Shown one piece after another: positions 23,329 to 34,900 of a DNA stretch of 64,000 nucleotides (the stretch's first letter is position 1; each line of letters begins with the position of its first letter). The notes under the pieces are model-generated. The model saw only the letters and a program-made list of their open reading frames with translations, did no database searches and had not been told where the DNA came from. Both the position numbers and the translations under genes were made by a program. The DNA is from Nemertoderma westbladi (Eukaryota > Animalia > Xenacoelomorpha): contig JAUCBJ010008828.1 in NCBI GenBank assembly GCA_032718475.1, forward strand, positions 18,172 to 82,171, read 5' to 3'.

Positions 23329-24204
23329 TTACGACGGACCCCCTCCGCCTTCCCGACCTACTAACTTTCCCCCGCCTCCCGGAACTTTCTCCGACCGACG
23401 AGCTGAATCCTCGGGGTTAACCTCGGATTCGCCCCCCTCGGGTCCCCTCCAACCCACTAATTTTACTCCCCGGGCATCGACCAAGTATGGCCCTATGTAC
23501 ACTGGCGCTACGCTAGGTTCCATACTCCCACACTCCCATAGTTCAAACAGTTCGCCGGCAACCCCTTTTGCTCTCTCCTCGGCTAGTTCTCTCTGCCCAA
23601 AACGTATTAGGTAATTAAAGTGTCTATCCGACTCACCTAGTCGCTTTCTCAGTCTCACCTCGTCTACCTTCGCCCCTTCCTTCTTGGCGTCCTTCATTAG
23701 CTTCCGGGTCGCGTTGTAGGCCCGTCGAAGTCGCTCTGAAACCCCGACGTCCTCGTCGCCGACCTCTCCTCCGTCCCTCCGGGTTCGACGTCGTACCGGC
23801 GGCTCCACCGTCGCCGTTCCGGTGGGCCGTCCGTCGCCCTCGGCCTGTAGCTGGCCGGCGACATCGGTACCGATGTCTCCTCCGTCTCTCTGCGTCCGGG
23901 GCCGCACCGTCGGCCCCACCGTCGCCGTTTCGGCGGGCCGCTCGTCGCCCTCGGCCTGTGGCTGGCCGGCGACACCGGTGCGTCGACCCCCGTCCCGTGT
24001 CGACTCGTCTCCGTCTCCCTCCGTCCCGCTCTCTCTTTCTCTCGGTTCGACCTCGGGTTCCAGGCCCCCCTCGTCCTGAACTGCCGGATGACCCGTTACC
24101 GATGGGTCCGGCGTTGTGGGCCTGTATCGCCTGGTTGCGGCCTCGCGGATCGTTAGGTCTTCGTCCGGGGTCCGCGTCGGTGTCGTGTCACCTGACTGAC
24201 TCAT
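23329..24204 (-). CDS. Probable true N-terminus of element A Gag (frameshifted)
   Basis: First ATG lies 67 nt inside the 5' LTR boundary; purine-rich codon bias like the rest of gag. Confidence 0.55.
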   Translation of the reverse strand: MSQSGDTTPTRTPDEDLTIREAATRRYRPTTPDPSVTGHPAVQDEGGLEPEVEPRERESGTEGDGDESTRDGGRRTGVAGQPQAEGDERPAETATVGPTVRPRTQRDGGDIGTDVAGQLQAEGDGRPTGTATVEPPVRRRTRRDGGEVGDEDVGVSERLRRAYNATRKLMKDAKKEGAKVDEVRLRKRLGESDRHFNYLIRFGQRELAEERAKGVAGELFELWECGSMEPSVAPVYIGPYLVDARGVKLVGWRGPEGGESEVNPEDSARRSEKVPGGGGKLVGREGGGGPS

Positions 24205-24260
24205 CCTCTTCTGCAGATTTCGGTGGCTAGTGGTTGAGTTTTATCTGGGGCGGCAGCTGG

Positions 24261-24270
24261 TTTTAGTTAC
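24261..24270 (-). promoter_or_regulatory. Non-tRNA primer-binding site candidate GTAACTAAAA (complementary to LTR 24433-24442)
   Basis: Abuts the 5' LTR, lacks TGG, and is a perfect inverted repeat of an LTR-internal segment. Confidence 0.7.
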
Positions 24271-24800
24271 TGTGACGGGATCCAGGAGGGATCCCGATTT
24301 ATCCGGTATTTTAGTTTACGCGTCCCCGCCGTGTATAAAGAGTAAACGAAACAGTGAATGAGTTCTGATGTTCGGTGTATAATAACTGATGGGTATAAGA
24401 TATAGATATAGATATGTGGAAGGCGGGATACGGTAACTAAAAGTCCCGTGCTCCCCTATCTAAACTAACTAACCTATGCTAGCACTACTGCACTTGAGAT
24501 AACTGAATTACTGATTAATAGGTTACTGATTATATTGCACGGTTGGCCTAATTACTACCTAATCGATGCCTTGCCCCCCTCTGATTGGTTGATACCCTTG
24601 TTGGCGCCCCGTGGAGTGTTCCCGTTCACTCCACCTGTACTCTCTGGGTTAGGGGTTTGGCCCCTGACCCTTTATTGTGTGCTTCCTTCCCACTCTTATT
24701 GGGATGGCACGAGTTGGTTAATTGCCCAATCTCGTGGCTCCCAATATTGCTTATCGGCTTATAACTTTATGGGGTGTTAGCGGGATTGAATAAGCTAACA
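24271..24800 (-). repeat. 5' LTR of element A (530 bp)
   Basis: TG...CA ends, followed by TSD CATAT. Confidence 0.95.
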
Positions 24801-25499
24801 CATATTATCTTATGTCAGGGCCCCAACCGCAGGTTATCGTGTTCGGAGAACCCGATTCTGTGCTCGGCCACGGAACTAGTCTTGCGCACGCCTTTATCTA
24901 TCATCAGCCTTCGACAGGGTTAACTTCTCAAGATTAAACAGTATCCTATGGAATCAAACCTAAAGGTTGTAGGGTACCCCAACAATTAAAAAAAAGATTC
25001 TTATGACATACTTCCTATCAGGCTCGTTATACCTCTGTGTAAGAAAAATACAGCAGGAAAACCGTATTCCTATAGAACTTGGATTATGACAGGGAAGTTG
25101 GCTATCACTGTTCTTCAGTAACGTCTATATCGCATAACTATTCGATTACAAAGTTAACAGTAATTATTGAGTTCATGTGGGAAGCCTTTTATTCGGTATA
25201 ATTAGTTATGGGGATGATATCATATTGTAATCGCTAATCTCAAGACAGACGACAGCTCAGTCAGTCAGCAAGAAAGTCAATAGCTACTATGTGTTATACT
25301 TACTTAATAACTTAATCTTATAAAACAAAAGGACTCACTATCTTCTCATAAATAAAAAAGGGCGCAGTGCAACTGATATAATGTCTATGGGTTCCAGGGC
25401 ATAAAATCACCCATAGATTTATTTTGGAAATGTTTGTCCAGGTCGCGAGCGAGGCAGGTGTGGTAGAAGTAGATAGGTACATTTATACAACTGTCTTCA

Positions 25500-25840
25500 A
25501 ACGAAATTGCTTTGAGATATTCCAGTCAACTGACGAAGACAAATCCAACGATTATATATACAAGAATATTTGAACAATCACAATTATTGACAACCCACAA
25601 ATTATTGAACAACCAGGAGCCATAAACAAGAACCAGGTTAAGAAAGATAGAAAATCTTAAAGTGGCCGACTACATCAGCCATGAGAAGTACGTGCAAGGT
25701 AAAATTGAAGCATCACAAACTGCTCACATAAAGCAACAGTCAATACTCTTGCCTTACAAAATTAGCTATCTGGAAGGGAATATTGTGCTAAGGGGCGCCT
25801 AATAGCTGATAGTCCTGAAGAACATGTTTGGAATTGGACA
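25500..25840 (+). pseudogene. Diverged RTE LINE fragment
   Basis: Translates to EKYVQGKIE..TAHIKQQS and CAKGRL.ADSPEE, matching the ORF at 31976-35017. Confidence 0.6.
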
Positions 25841-27585
25841 TATAGAACCAAGAAGTCCACCAGAATTAAAGTGATTTATACATAAACTAAACTACGAGAT
25901 GATAGTGTCGTATAAATTTAATTAAAGTTCTTCCTTTATATTACTCTATCTACCTTATCATATTCGCTGTACTGCATAATTTTATTAATTTAGAGTAGAG
26001 GGATATGAGAGAATGTTGGACGTTATAATTCCATCATAGTTGTTGTAGCTATTGATTCGGTCTTCAAGAAATCCCGTGTATATTGGTATCTGACTACAGT
26101 GTTCTATAGAAGCTGTAGATAAACTCAGCATGATACGAATAACATATAGATAGCACGCTATGAACGACCAAATGTGTTGGATTAAATATATAATTATGTA
26201 AAAATAACATTTCGTACCATTCATTTATTTTTGAAACTGAGTGAGAGTGCATAATGTAGTTATCCCTAGGTCTAGCGAAGATGTTTTTGAGAAACAAAAA
26301 TATGAAGATATTTTCGTAACAAAAACTGTAAATATTGTTTCAATATTCTGAATCCGGTGTAAAATTTGATTAGACGGACTACTGAAGCCACAATTGTCGC
26401 TTCATTTACTCATTGAGAACTTTAAACCTCAGAATTACACCTCAGAAGTATTTATTTTGAGTAAAATACCGGTTAAATTTCTTTAGAAATTGTCGTTTCA
26501 TTATTGATTATAAATTTAGGATATTATATATAAATTATATATATTTTTTAAGAGAATCAGCACCCCATAGCGGGGTAAATATATTCTTATTGTTACTGCA
26601 CAAAACTGAATTGATAAGGATATTGGAAACAGCAGTAACACAGTAATAATACCATATATGTACGGTGCATTATAAAGTTAATAAAATAATTTAGAGTAAA
26701 AGGCCATGCAATAAAGTTATTAAAGATTATTATTTATAAATATATTAAATAACAACAAAAGAAGATTATTGTTTGTTTTATTGCATGCTCATGCAGCTAG
26801 AATTATATTTAATTTTAAATTAAATGCGGGGGGGGGGGGGGGTGGCGGGGGGTGTACACAATTTTTGGACAACTCTTCGATTTATCACTCCCAGCGTTTC
26901 AAATATTTTTGGTTTTGGCTATAATTTGGAATAAAGTTACCTAAGATGCTATTCTACATTGATAGCTCAGAAAAATTTTATTTTTGGCTATTTAATATTA
27001 TTTAAAGCTACAGTTAACAATGAAAAAACGTGGTTGATAAGATGAGTTTTTTTATAAATAGTATTAAATGTTATTAACTAAAAATTTCAAAAGGTTGTCT
27101 ATACTTTTATGCAGGGTTGCTATGTAGACAGACATTTGTAGAAGTAGTAGGGTTATGAAGTTGACAATTTCCCAAAAAAATATTTGGCGATAATAGATCG
27201 TTCATTATGCATAGTAATAGTAATTTCAATAGGTCTCCCTAAATGTAAATTGTTATAATTTGAAAAAGTAAAAGAGCTATTAAATACCCCCCCCCCCCCC
27301 CCCCCCCCCCACCCCCCTTAATTAGTTATAACTTAGTATGGAATGGTGATATAGAATTACAATGAATTGCAGAAGTTACCAGAATTACAGAAGCCACCTG
27401 GACTAACAAATATATATAATAACATCATTGTAAAAAATAATATTGTTTAATTTAATTCTTCAACATTTTAACTGGTAAATTTGTATCAAATAATAACATC
27501 GATCTACACAACCTCGCTACTAACTAACTACTAACTACTAACATCGATTTAATCAACTTCCATGGATAATGAGTGATTCATTAAA

Positions 27586-28292
27586 ATGATAATCATTATT
27601 GTTCTGCTTGTTACATTCCACACGGTAGCCACTCAGCTGAGTAACAACACAACCTCGCAGAAGACCACCACTGGTACACAACTCAGAATACCGGTCACAC
27701 ATGCCCCGAAGGTAGAAATTGGACACTGTCCTCAAAAAACATCGAGTTGCAAGAGATTTATGAAGCCAGGCTGCATAAGTTTATGAAAGCCAACGATTTA
27801 ATTAAACCGGTTATCGACTGGTATGGCTGCCACACTTGTTCACTCATATCTGTGGTATTCAGTGCGTGGTCCGCTGAATACAAGGCTGATATTACATTCG
27901 AAGTAGAAGATTCATGGTGCTACTATGAAGAATATAAAGGCAACTGTCTACCTATGCCTGAAACAGGTTGTCTCTATTTTGCGAACGTGGTACTTCCAGA
28001 ACATAAACCTGACCCAGACGACCCAAATGCTGTGAATCTCTTTGGGTTGATATCATATTACAACTACCTCCAGCTGGCACTCACTGTAACACACGAGACT
28101 TGCCAGTCTCAGTGCTGCAACGATGCGGCTTGCCCAGCTCCCGTATGGACTCACGAGAAAACCTCTACATCAGAAACCACTACCGAATACGTGCCGTTCA
28201 CCTGGGGAAACGGATCGGCTAATGTCAACCAAATGGTGACGTCTCATCTGGCTTGGGTCATCATTGTTGCCATAGTTCTCAGAGCGTTCTAG
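27586..28292 (+). CDS. Secreted/GPI-anchored cysteine-rich protein, Ly6/three-finger-like; signal peptide and body in different frames (copy 1)
   Basis: Hydrophobic MIIIIVLLVTF start; CHTC...C...C...C...CQSQCCND; S/T-rich stalk; GNGSA plus hydrophobic C-terminus; AATAAA at ~28322. Confidence 0.6.
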
Positions 28293-28520
28293 AATATAGG
28301 CCTAACTGAAGCTAAAACTTCAATAAATAAACAATCCATTTGGATCCACATATTCTAGGAACAAAAACCGTCTAGAAATCACTTCTAGAAATATTTATCG
28401 GAAATTCTTTATGGTGATTGATTCCAATTTCAAAGGTTGTGGGTTCGATTTATTATCCGGCAAAATTATGTTTATTATATATCTTCAATAATTATTTCAG
28501 GGGGGGGGGGGGGGGGGGGG

Positions 28521-29890
28521 GGTAGCACCCCCAAACAGAACCTCACATTTTGTTATCTCTGAACCCTAAAATTGGATGAAAATTATTTTTTGTGATACTA
28601 AACATCGTCTGGGGTGAAGTTTATGAATAGCCAAAGGAAATATTTTTAATCTGGCCTCAAAATGGCACTGCAATTGTGCCAAAAGTGCCTTTTGCGCCAA
28701 ACACAATTTCAGAATATAAGTTCAGAAGAATCCTGCAACCAATTCTTATATTTTTGGCCCTTTGATCTAAAGAGGCTCCGGAGCGTTTGAGGCAAAATTT
28801 CTTCAGAATTTATTGTCAAAGGTATTCTGAATAAGTGTACCAAATTTCAACTCATTTATAGTTTTAGGAACAATTTTCACATTTTTATTTAGTCAACAAT
28901 AACGAAATTTTTCATCATTGCTAAAAATATATCTAATAAAACAACTTTGTAGTATTTTTAGTCATATACAGTATGTACCGTGAGAGCCTTTTTGATGAAA
29001 AGGACCTTATTCAATTGTAATAACTATTTACATCATTGTGTGTAAAGTAGCACTTTGCAGCGTTATGACCCGAGTTAATTTATGTACCGAGCGAGCGCAG
29101 CGCGGGAGGTTTACATAAATAACCAAGGGTCTTTAACGCTGAAAAGTGACCTTTGCAAGCAATTATGTATGTAATTTTGTTACATTATGTCAACTTATCA
29201 CCGTTCGGTATTTGAAGAAAAGATTTTAAGGATACTCATTTATACATTTTAATCATGTACTATATCGAATATAAGTTAAATTTATTAACAGGTGCACTGG
29301 TACACAGTATTAATTATACATTTAAATCTAATTAAAGTTTATTGGAAGTTATCTCCTGCATGGATGTGATAAATCATTAATCCATCTTGACTATAGTCGA
29401 CTGTAGCAAACTTAGTCACCGTCTTGTGTCCGTTCAGTTTTACTGAACACTGTCGTCACTTTCTTTCCTATTTTACTGTCTTCTATTGGACGTTTCGGCA
29501 TAATGGAAAACAATATACTTTAAACAATTATTTTTACATACAGTAGCTAGTCCTGTAGTCCCTTCACTGCCAACTGGATAATAAAGCAGCACTCATTAAC
29601 ATAAATGGAAATAAAAAATTCTGGAAAACGGTAATGTTGTTTCCATGTCATTGATTACTTTGCAGCGTTACGAGAAATTCACCAGAACGCTGTAAAGTTG
29701 ACATAAATGTAACAAAATATCGTGCTGCTAGAAGGCTTTTCAAAAATCAGACTAGCTCTTACGTTTTGGGTAATAACTTGAGTTTGAGAAACGATATGAG
29801 AAAACTGCTTGAGATTTGAAATCTCCATTAAATTCTGCACATAATAGGATTCAAAAATGTCGAAAATTATCGAATTAGGGGGGTGCTACC
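28521..29890. mobile_element. Putative non-autonomous DNA element bounded by GGTAGCACCCCC inverted repeats, with a nested ~545 bp TIR element
   Basis: ggtagcaccccc ... gggggtgctacc; inner attttgttacattatgtcaactt (~29173) versus aagttgacataaatgtaacaaaat (~29718). Confidence 0.45.
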
Positions 29891-29957
29891 ATGACCTACT
29901 ACACCAACTGTATTATCACAATTCTGTTGGGCACAGCTTTGCAAAGTCGGCAATGAC

Positions 29958-30028
29958 GTCCATGTGGGATCGAACTGGTGACCTTAGAGTTGGAAGTCTG
30001 ACGCTCTAGTCTCTTTCCAACGACATGT
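29958..30028 (-). other. tRNA-derived (SINE-head-like) sequence
   Basis: Minus strand GAGCGTCAGACTTCCAACTCTAAGGTCACCAGTTCGATCCC with flanking CATGT/ACATG stem. Confidence 0.35.
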
Positions 30029-30706
30029 TATAGTAGGTCATCGTGCTACCTCCCCTCCCTCTCTTAAGTATTTAGCATAAACTCTCTAATAATAACTCAA
30101 ATTTTCCGAAGCACACCCATTACGGTTCGCTGTTAACTCAGTACACATCCTTTATACTTTCCAATAAGGTTTCTCTAATTATTCAATCAATTTTGTTGAT
30201 ATTAAACATTCTCATTTAGCGATATTCTATATTACTTTTCATTATGTTATGTTAATATCCCATTATTTACTTAATTAATGTGACGGGATCCTGGTTGGCC
30301 TGGGATGCCCCCCCCCCCCCCCCTTTTTTTTTTTTACTTAGTGGTGCCTTTCCTACTTGCTGCCGCTCTAGAAGACTGACTGGCCGTAGGCCTGATAAAA
30401 CTAGAGTTATGAGATTGCCGATAATATTATAATAGTCTCAATAGTGTAGTTTACCGGTACAATATACTGTAGCACAAAGTCAGTAGTGTGGTATACGACA
30501 TGCAGTGAAAACGGTTCACCTTCTTTACAGAGTCAATTGCCAACTGGTTACATAATGCACGTGATCGTTAATATAGGGAAAAATATATTGCCTATCTATC
30601 ACATCTTTATAGTCCCATTGGCCTGTGGATTTAATGTCTTATTATATTAGATATTATACTGTATTATAATACAGTATAAATTAATTAGTATTTTCAGTCT
30701 TTTTCG

Positions 30707-31227
30707 AGGTGATACGAGGTTGATTGCCAATCAACCTCGTATCACCCCAATAACCGGGGCGACAAACCCCAAAGGGACACACACAGCGGGGGTCAGAGGT
30801 TACACCTCCGGGAGGGAGAGAGTGACAGCAGCCGGGGGAAACACTCCCAGAGAGATGGGAGGGCGAGAATTGGGTTATTAGCCAATGGGGGGGAGGCATC
30901 CACTGAGTAATGTAATACGGCCAACCAGTGCAATATATTACCAGTTATTGTTCCTCATTTATTTCACTCAGTTAGTCAGTTTAGTTAGGACAGAACGGTG
31001 ACTTCTATTACCGTCCACTGCCGCCATCATTCACTTATACTTTACCGGTACATTATTTCTTCACTCCAACAACTGTGTCTATGCTTATTCTATATCAGTC
31101 ATATTATTCTATATCAGTCGACAAGATCAGAACTCTCAATCCAACTATAATAACTCTTTTCACTCACACGGCGGGGACGCGTAAATAGAACCACCGGGAT
31201 AAATCGGGATTCTCGGATCCCGTCACA
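30707..31227 (+). mobile_element. 5'-truncated LTR of a family related to element A, at the junction between the duplicated segments
   Basis: Ends ggcggggacgcgtaaa...gataaatcgggat...ggatcccgtcaca like the A LTR; shares ggccaacc.gtgcaatat, gttag.cagtttag and gactt.ta.ttaccgt blocks. Confidence 0.75.
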
Positions 31228-31969
31228 AAGTCCAAGAAGTCCACCAGAATTAAAGTGATTTATACATAAACTAAACTACGAGATGATAGTGTCGTATAAA
31301 TTTAATTAAAGTTCTTCCTTCATATTACTCTATCTACCTTATCATATTCGCTGTACTGCATAATTTTATTAATTTAGAGTAGAGGGATATGAGAGAATGT
31401 TGGACGTTATAATTCCCTCATAGTTGTTGTATCTATTGATTCGGTCTTCAAGAAATCCCGTGTATAACTACACCGCATTGTATATGTTGGTATCTGACTA
31501 CAGTGTTCTATAGAAGCTGTAGATACACTCAGCATGATACGAATAACATTTAGATAGCACACTATGAACGACCCAATGTGTTGGATTAAATATATAATTA
31601 TGTAACAAATAACATTTAAATCCGGTGTAAGATTTAATTAGACGGACTACTGGAGCTACAATATGTCGTTTCATTTACTCATTGAGAACTTTAAACCTCA
31701 GAATTACACCTCAGAAGTATTTATTTTGAGTAAAATACCGGTTAAATTTCTTTAGAAATTGTCGTTTCATTATTGATTATAAATTTAAGATATTATATAT
31801 AAATTAAATACATTTTTTAAGAGAATCAGCACCCCATAGTGGGGTAAATATATTCTTATTGTTACTGCACAAAACTGAATTGATAAGGATATTGGAAACA
31901 GCAATAACACAGTAATAATACCATATCTGTACGGTGCATTATAAAGTTAATAAAATAATTTAGAGTAAA

Positions 31970-34900
31970 CTACTACTAGGTCGAGCGAACTCGGACAGTG
32001 GAAATGAGATCCTTCCAGGCTTCCCGATTCTCCATAGTTGTCGCAATTTCGTTTCTCTCAAGTTCAGTATCCCTTTCAAGTTGATCTATATATGTTATGG
32101 CAGGTCGTCCACGACTACGCTTTCCATGAGTTGGTTGCCAGAGAAGTAGATCTGGTATGACCTCGTCTTTACTTCGCCAGCAGTGCCCACTGAATCTTAA
32201 TCTGCGTTCACGGAGGGTGGTTGATACAGGTGGTATTGTACCATAAAGCTCGGCGTTTGTCATGTGTTGTCTCCAGCTGATGTTTAGGGCTGCCCTTAGT
32301 AGTCTTGTGTAGCAACCATCAATTCGTTGTTCAAGTGATTTAGTCAGTGTCCAGGTCTCACCGCCGTATAAAAATACACTTTCCACTGTGGCTCGAAAGA
32401 ACTTAGTCTTCAGGTGCCTGGAGAGATCTGATTTCCAGATGGTATCCATTTTTGATAGAGCTACCCAAGCCTTTGCTTTCCTAACTTCTATGTCCTTTTT
32501 GCTACTCTCTATCCATGATCCAAGGTACTGGAAGTCATCGACCTTCCTTAGTTGATTATTATCAATGGTTGTCAAGTTTCCATCAACATTAAAGGTCATG
32601 AATTCGGTCTTGGTAGCATTTATATGTAATCCAACCTCCTTAGCAGCCCTCTCCACTTTATTTAGTAGAAGCTGTGCATCTGCTAGCGTATTAGAGAGCA
32701 GGGCGATGTCATCCGCAAAGTCGGTGTCTGTGACTGTAGTTGCCGGATATCTACTACTTCTGCGTTCTTGAAGTGTGAATCCCAGATCTTCACCCTTTGT
32801 GGCCGTCCTCATTGCGTAATCCAGCACAATTACAAATAGTAATGGTGCTAATGTGTCACCTTGCAGTACGCCAGCCAGGATTGAGAAAAACTCAGTTTCA
32901 CCATCTGGTGAGAGTACCTGCGCTTCTGTGTCACAATATAACAATCCAATGCCAGCAACAATTACTTCTGGTATTCCATAAGCTCTTAGGATTTCAAGCA
33001 TTTTACCTCTATGGATGGAGTCGAATGCCTTCTTGAAGTCCACAAAAGTCATGACTGCGGGGAGATTCTTTGACTTAATTCCTTCAATCAGTCTCCGTAG
33101 TGCAAGTATCTGAGCTATTGTTGATCTACTTGGTCGAAATCCGTTTTGGCTCTTACGCAGTAGTTTCTCTATGTGAGGCCTAATCCTATATAGAATCATT
33201 TTATTGTATATTTTGGCAGCTACCACAAGCAGACAGATCCCACGATAGTTTGTTGGTATGCCGAGGTCTCCTTTCTTGGGGAGAGGCTTTAGTTGACCTT
33301 TAGTCCAAATTGGTGGTGGCTTTTCCCCTTTTAACATCCGGTTGCAAACATTCAATAATGGTCTATTTAGCACTCCGGTTTTCCATACCTCCGCTGGGAT
33401 TTCATCTAATCCACTCGCTTTATTATTGGACATGCTTTTAATGCTTCTTTGGAGTTCGGCAGGTGTGAAGTCCCCTGTTTCTATAGGTAGTGTCTTGTCA
33501 TATATTTTCCTTGTAGGGCTGACCTCGATGTTTGGTGGCTGCCCAAGCAAGTTGCTGAAGTGATTTTTCCACTTCCCAACACGTTCTTCAGGACTATCGG
33601 CTTTGAGGCGCCCCTTTGCACAACTTTTCCGACCAGATACCTCATTTACAGTTTGCCAGGTAAGTCTTGATTGTTGCTGTATGTGAGCAGTTGTAATTGC
33701 TTCAGTTTTATCCTGTATGTACTTTTCCTGGCTGATGTTGTAGGCCAATTTAAGATCGTCCTTAGCTTTCTCAACCTTGTTAATGTTTTCGGTTGTTGGT
33801 TGTTCGGTTTTAACTTTGTAGGCTATCTTAAGATCTTCTCTCTTACAAGTAACCTCAGAGTTTTGCCATGGCACATACTGTTTTCGTTTAGGTTTCTGGG
33901 GGATATGCCTCTTAGCTGATTCCTTGTGGGCTGTTATTATATTCTGGTATATTGAATCGGTGGATTGGTCTTCATCCATTGACTGAAGTGCTTCAAAGCG
34001 GTTTCGAACTTCTACTGTATAAGCATCCTTTACAGCATTGTCAGTTCTGAGTTTCTCCCAGTCATAGTTGATTTGCTTGCTTGTCCTGGGTTTGCTGGCT
34101 CTCAAACTGAGTCTGATCTCTGCAGTCACAATTCTGTGGTCCGAACCAATTAGGTTGAACGAGCTGTATGCCTCGCAGTTGATCATGCTATTTCGCCACT
34201 TTTTGTTTATAAGGATGTAATCCAGTTGTGCTTTGGTTCCATTAGGGTATTGAAAGGTCCATAGCTTCCCCTTACTCTTTTCGAATGTGTTGTTTGTTGG
34301 TATCAATTCACATTCTTCCATTAGGTCTAAAAGTAAGTACCCATTTCTGTTAGAACTGGTGTTATAGGTGTAACCCTTGATGTCTTCTGGGCCAATTTGC
34401 GCATTCAGGTCACCAGCAATGACTTTAACATTGTGTTTCGGGATGTCCTTAATAAGTCCAGTCAGTTCTTCATAAAACTTGACTGCTTGTTCTGGCTCTG
34501 ATGCATTGGTTGGACTGTAGCAACATATAACTGTTGTCTTGGGATTCCCATCAAATGTTGCGATCATAACCCTGGAATTTATAGATTCGATGTTGTTTAG
34601 GGTCTTAAGTGCAAATGGGCTTAGCAGAATTCCTACTCCACCAATTGATGCATTGGCCGAGTTTCTTACTGCTGAGCTTGTTACTAACGTCCATCCATTT
34701 CCAATGTCATTGTACTTCATGGCAGTGTCTTCATGACAAATCCGATGTTCTTGGATGCAGATGATGTCGATGTTATATTCCATTGCCAGAGCGACCATGT
34801 CACCCTGTTTGCTCTGTGCTTTCAGCGTGCGTGCGTTCATTGTAGCAATCTTTAGTGTCTTTTTACATTTCAACAGGTTGGTTCTTCTTTCTTCTCTGTC

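Larger units (their letters stand above)
10856..24800 (-). mobile_element. BEL/Pao LTR retrotransposon, element A (13.9 kb) with accessory exonuclease gene
   Basis: TG...CA LTR pair, 5-bp TSD CATAT (10851-10855 and 24801-24805), PPT, gag-PR-RT-RH-IN order with Pao-type motifs. Confidence 0.95.
25849..30706 (+). repeat. Segmental duplication, copy 1
   Basis: Near-identical to 31232-31969 + 35332-39137 + 52960-53041. Confidence 0.88.

Noticed and set aside
15961-24230. Numerous plus-strand ORFs over gag-pol
   Set aside because: Antisense shadows of a purine-biased coding strand
30279-31227. TIR element bounded by tgtgacgggatcc / ggatcccgtcaca
   Set aside because: Better explained as two opposite-facing LTR ends of A-related families; flanks (ttaa / aagt) give no TSD and the left part belongs to the duplicated segment
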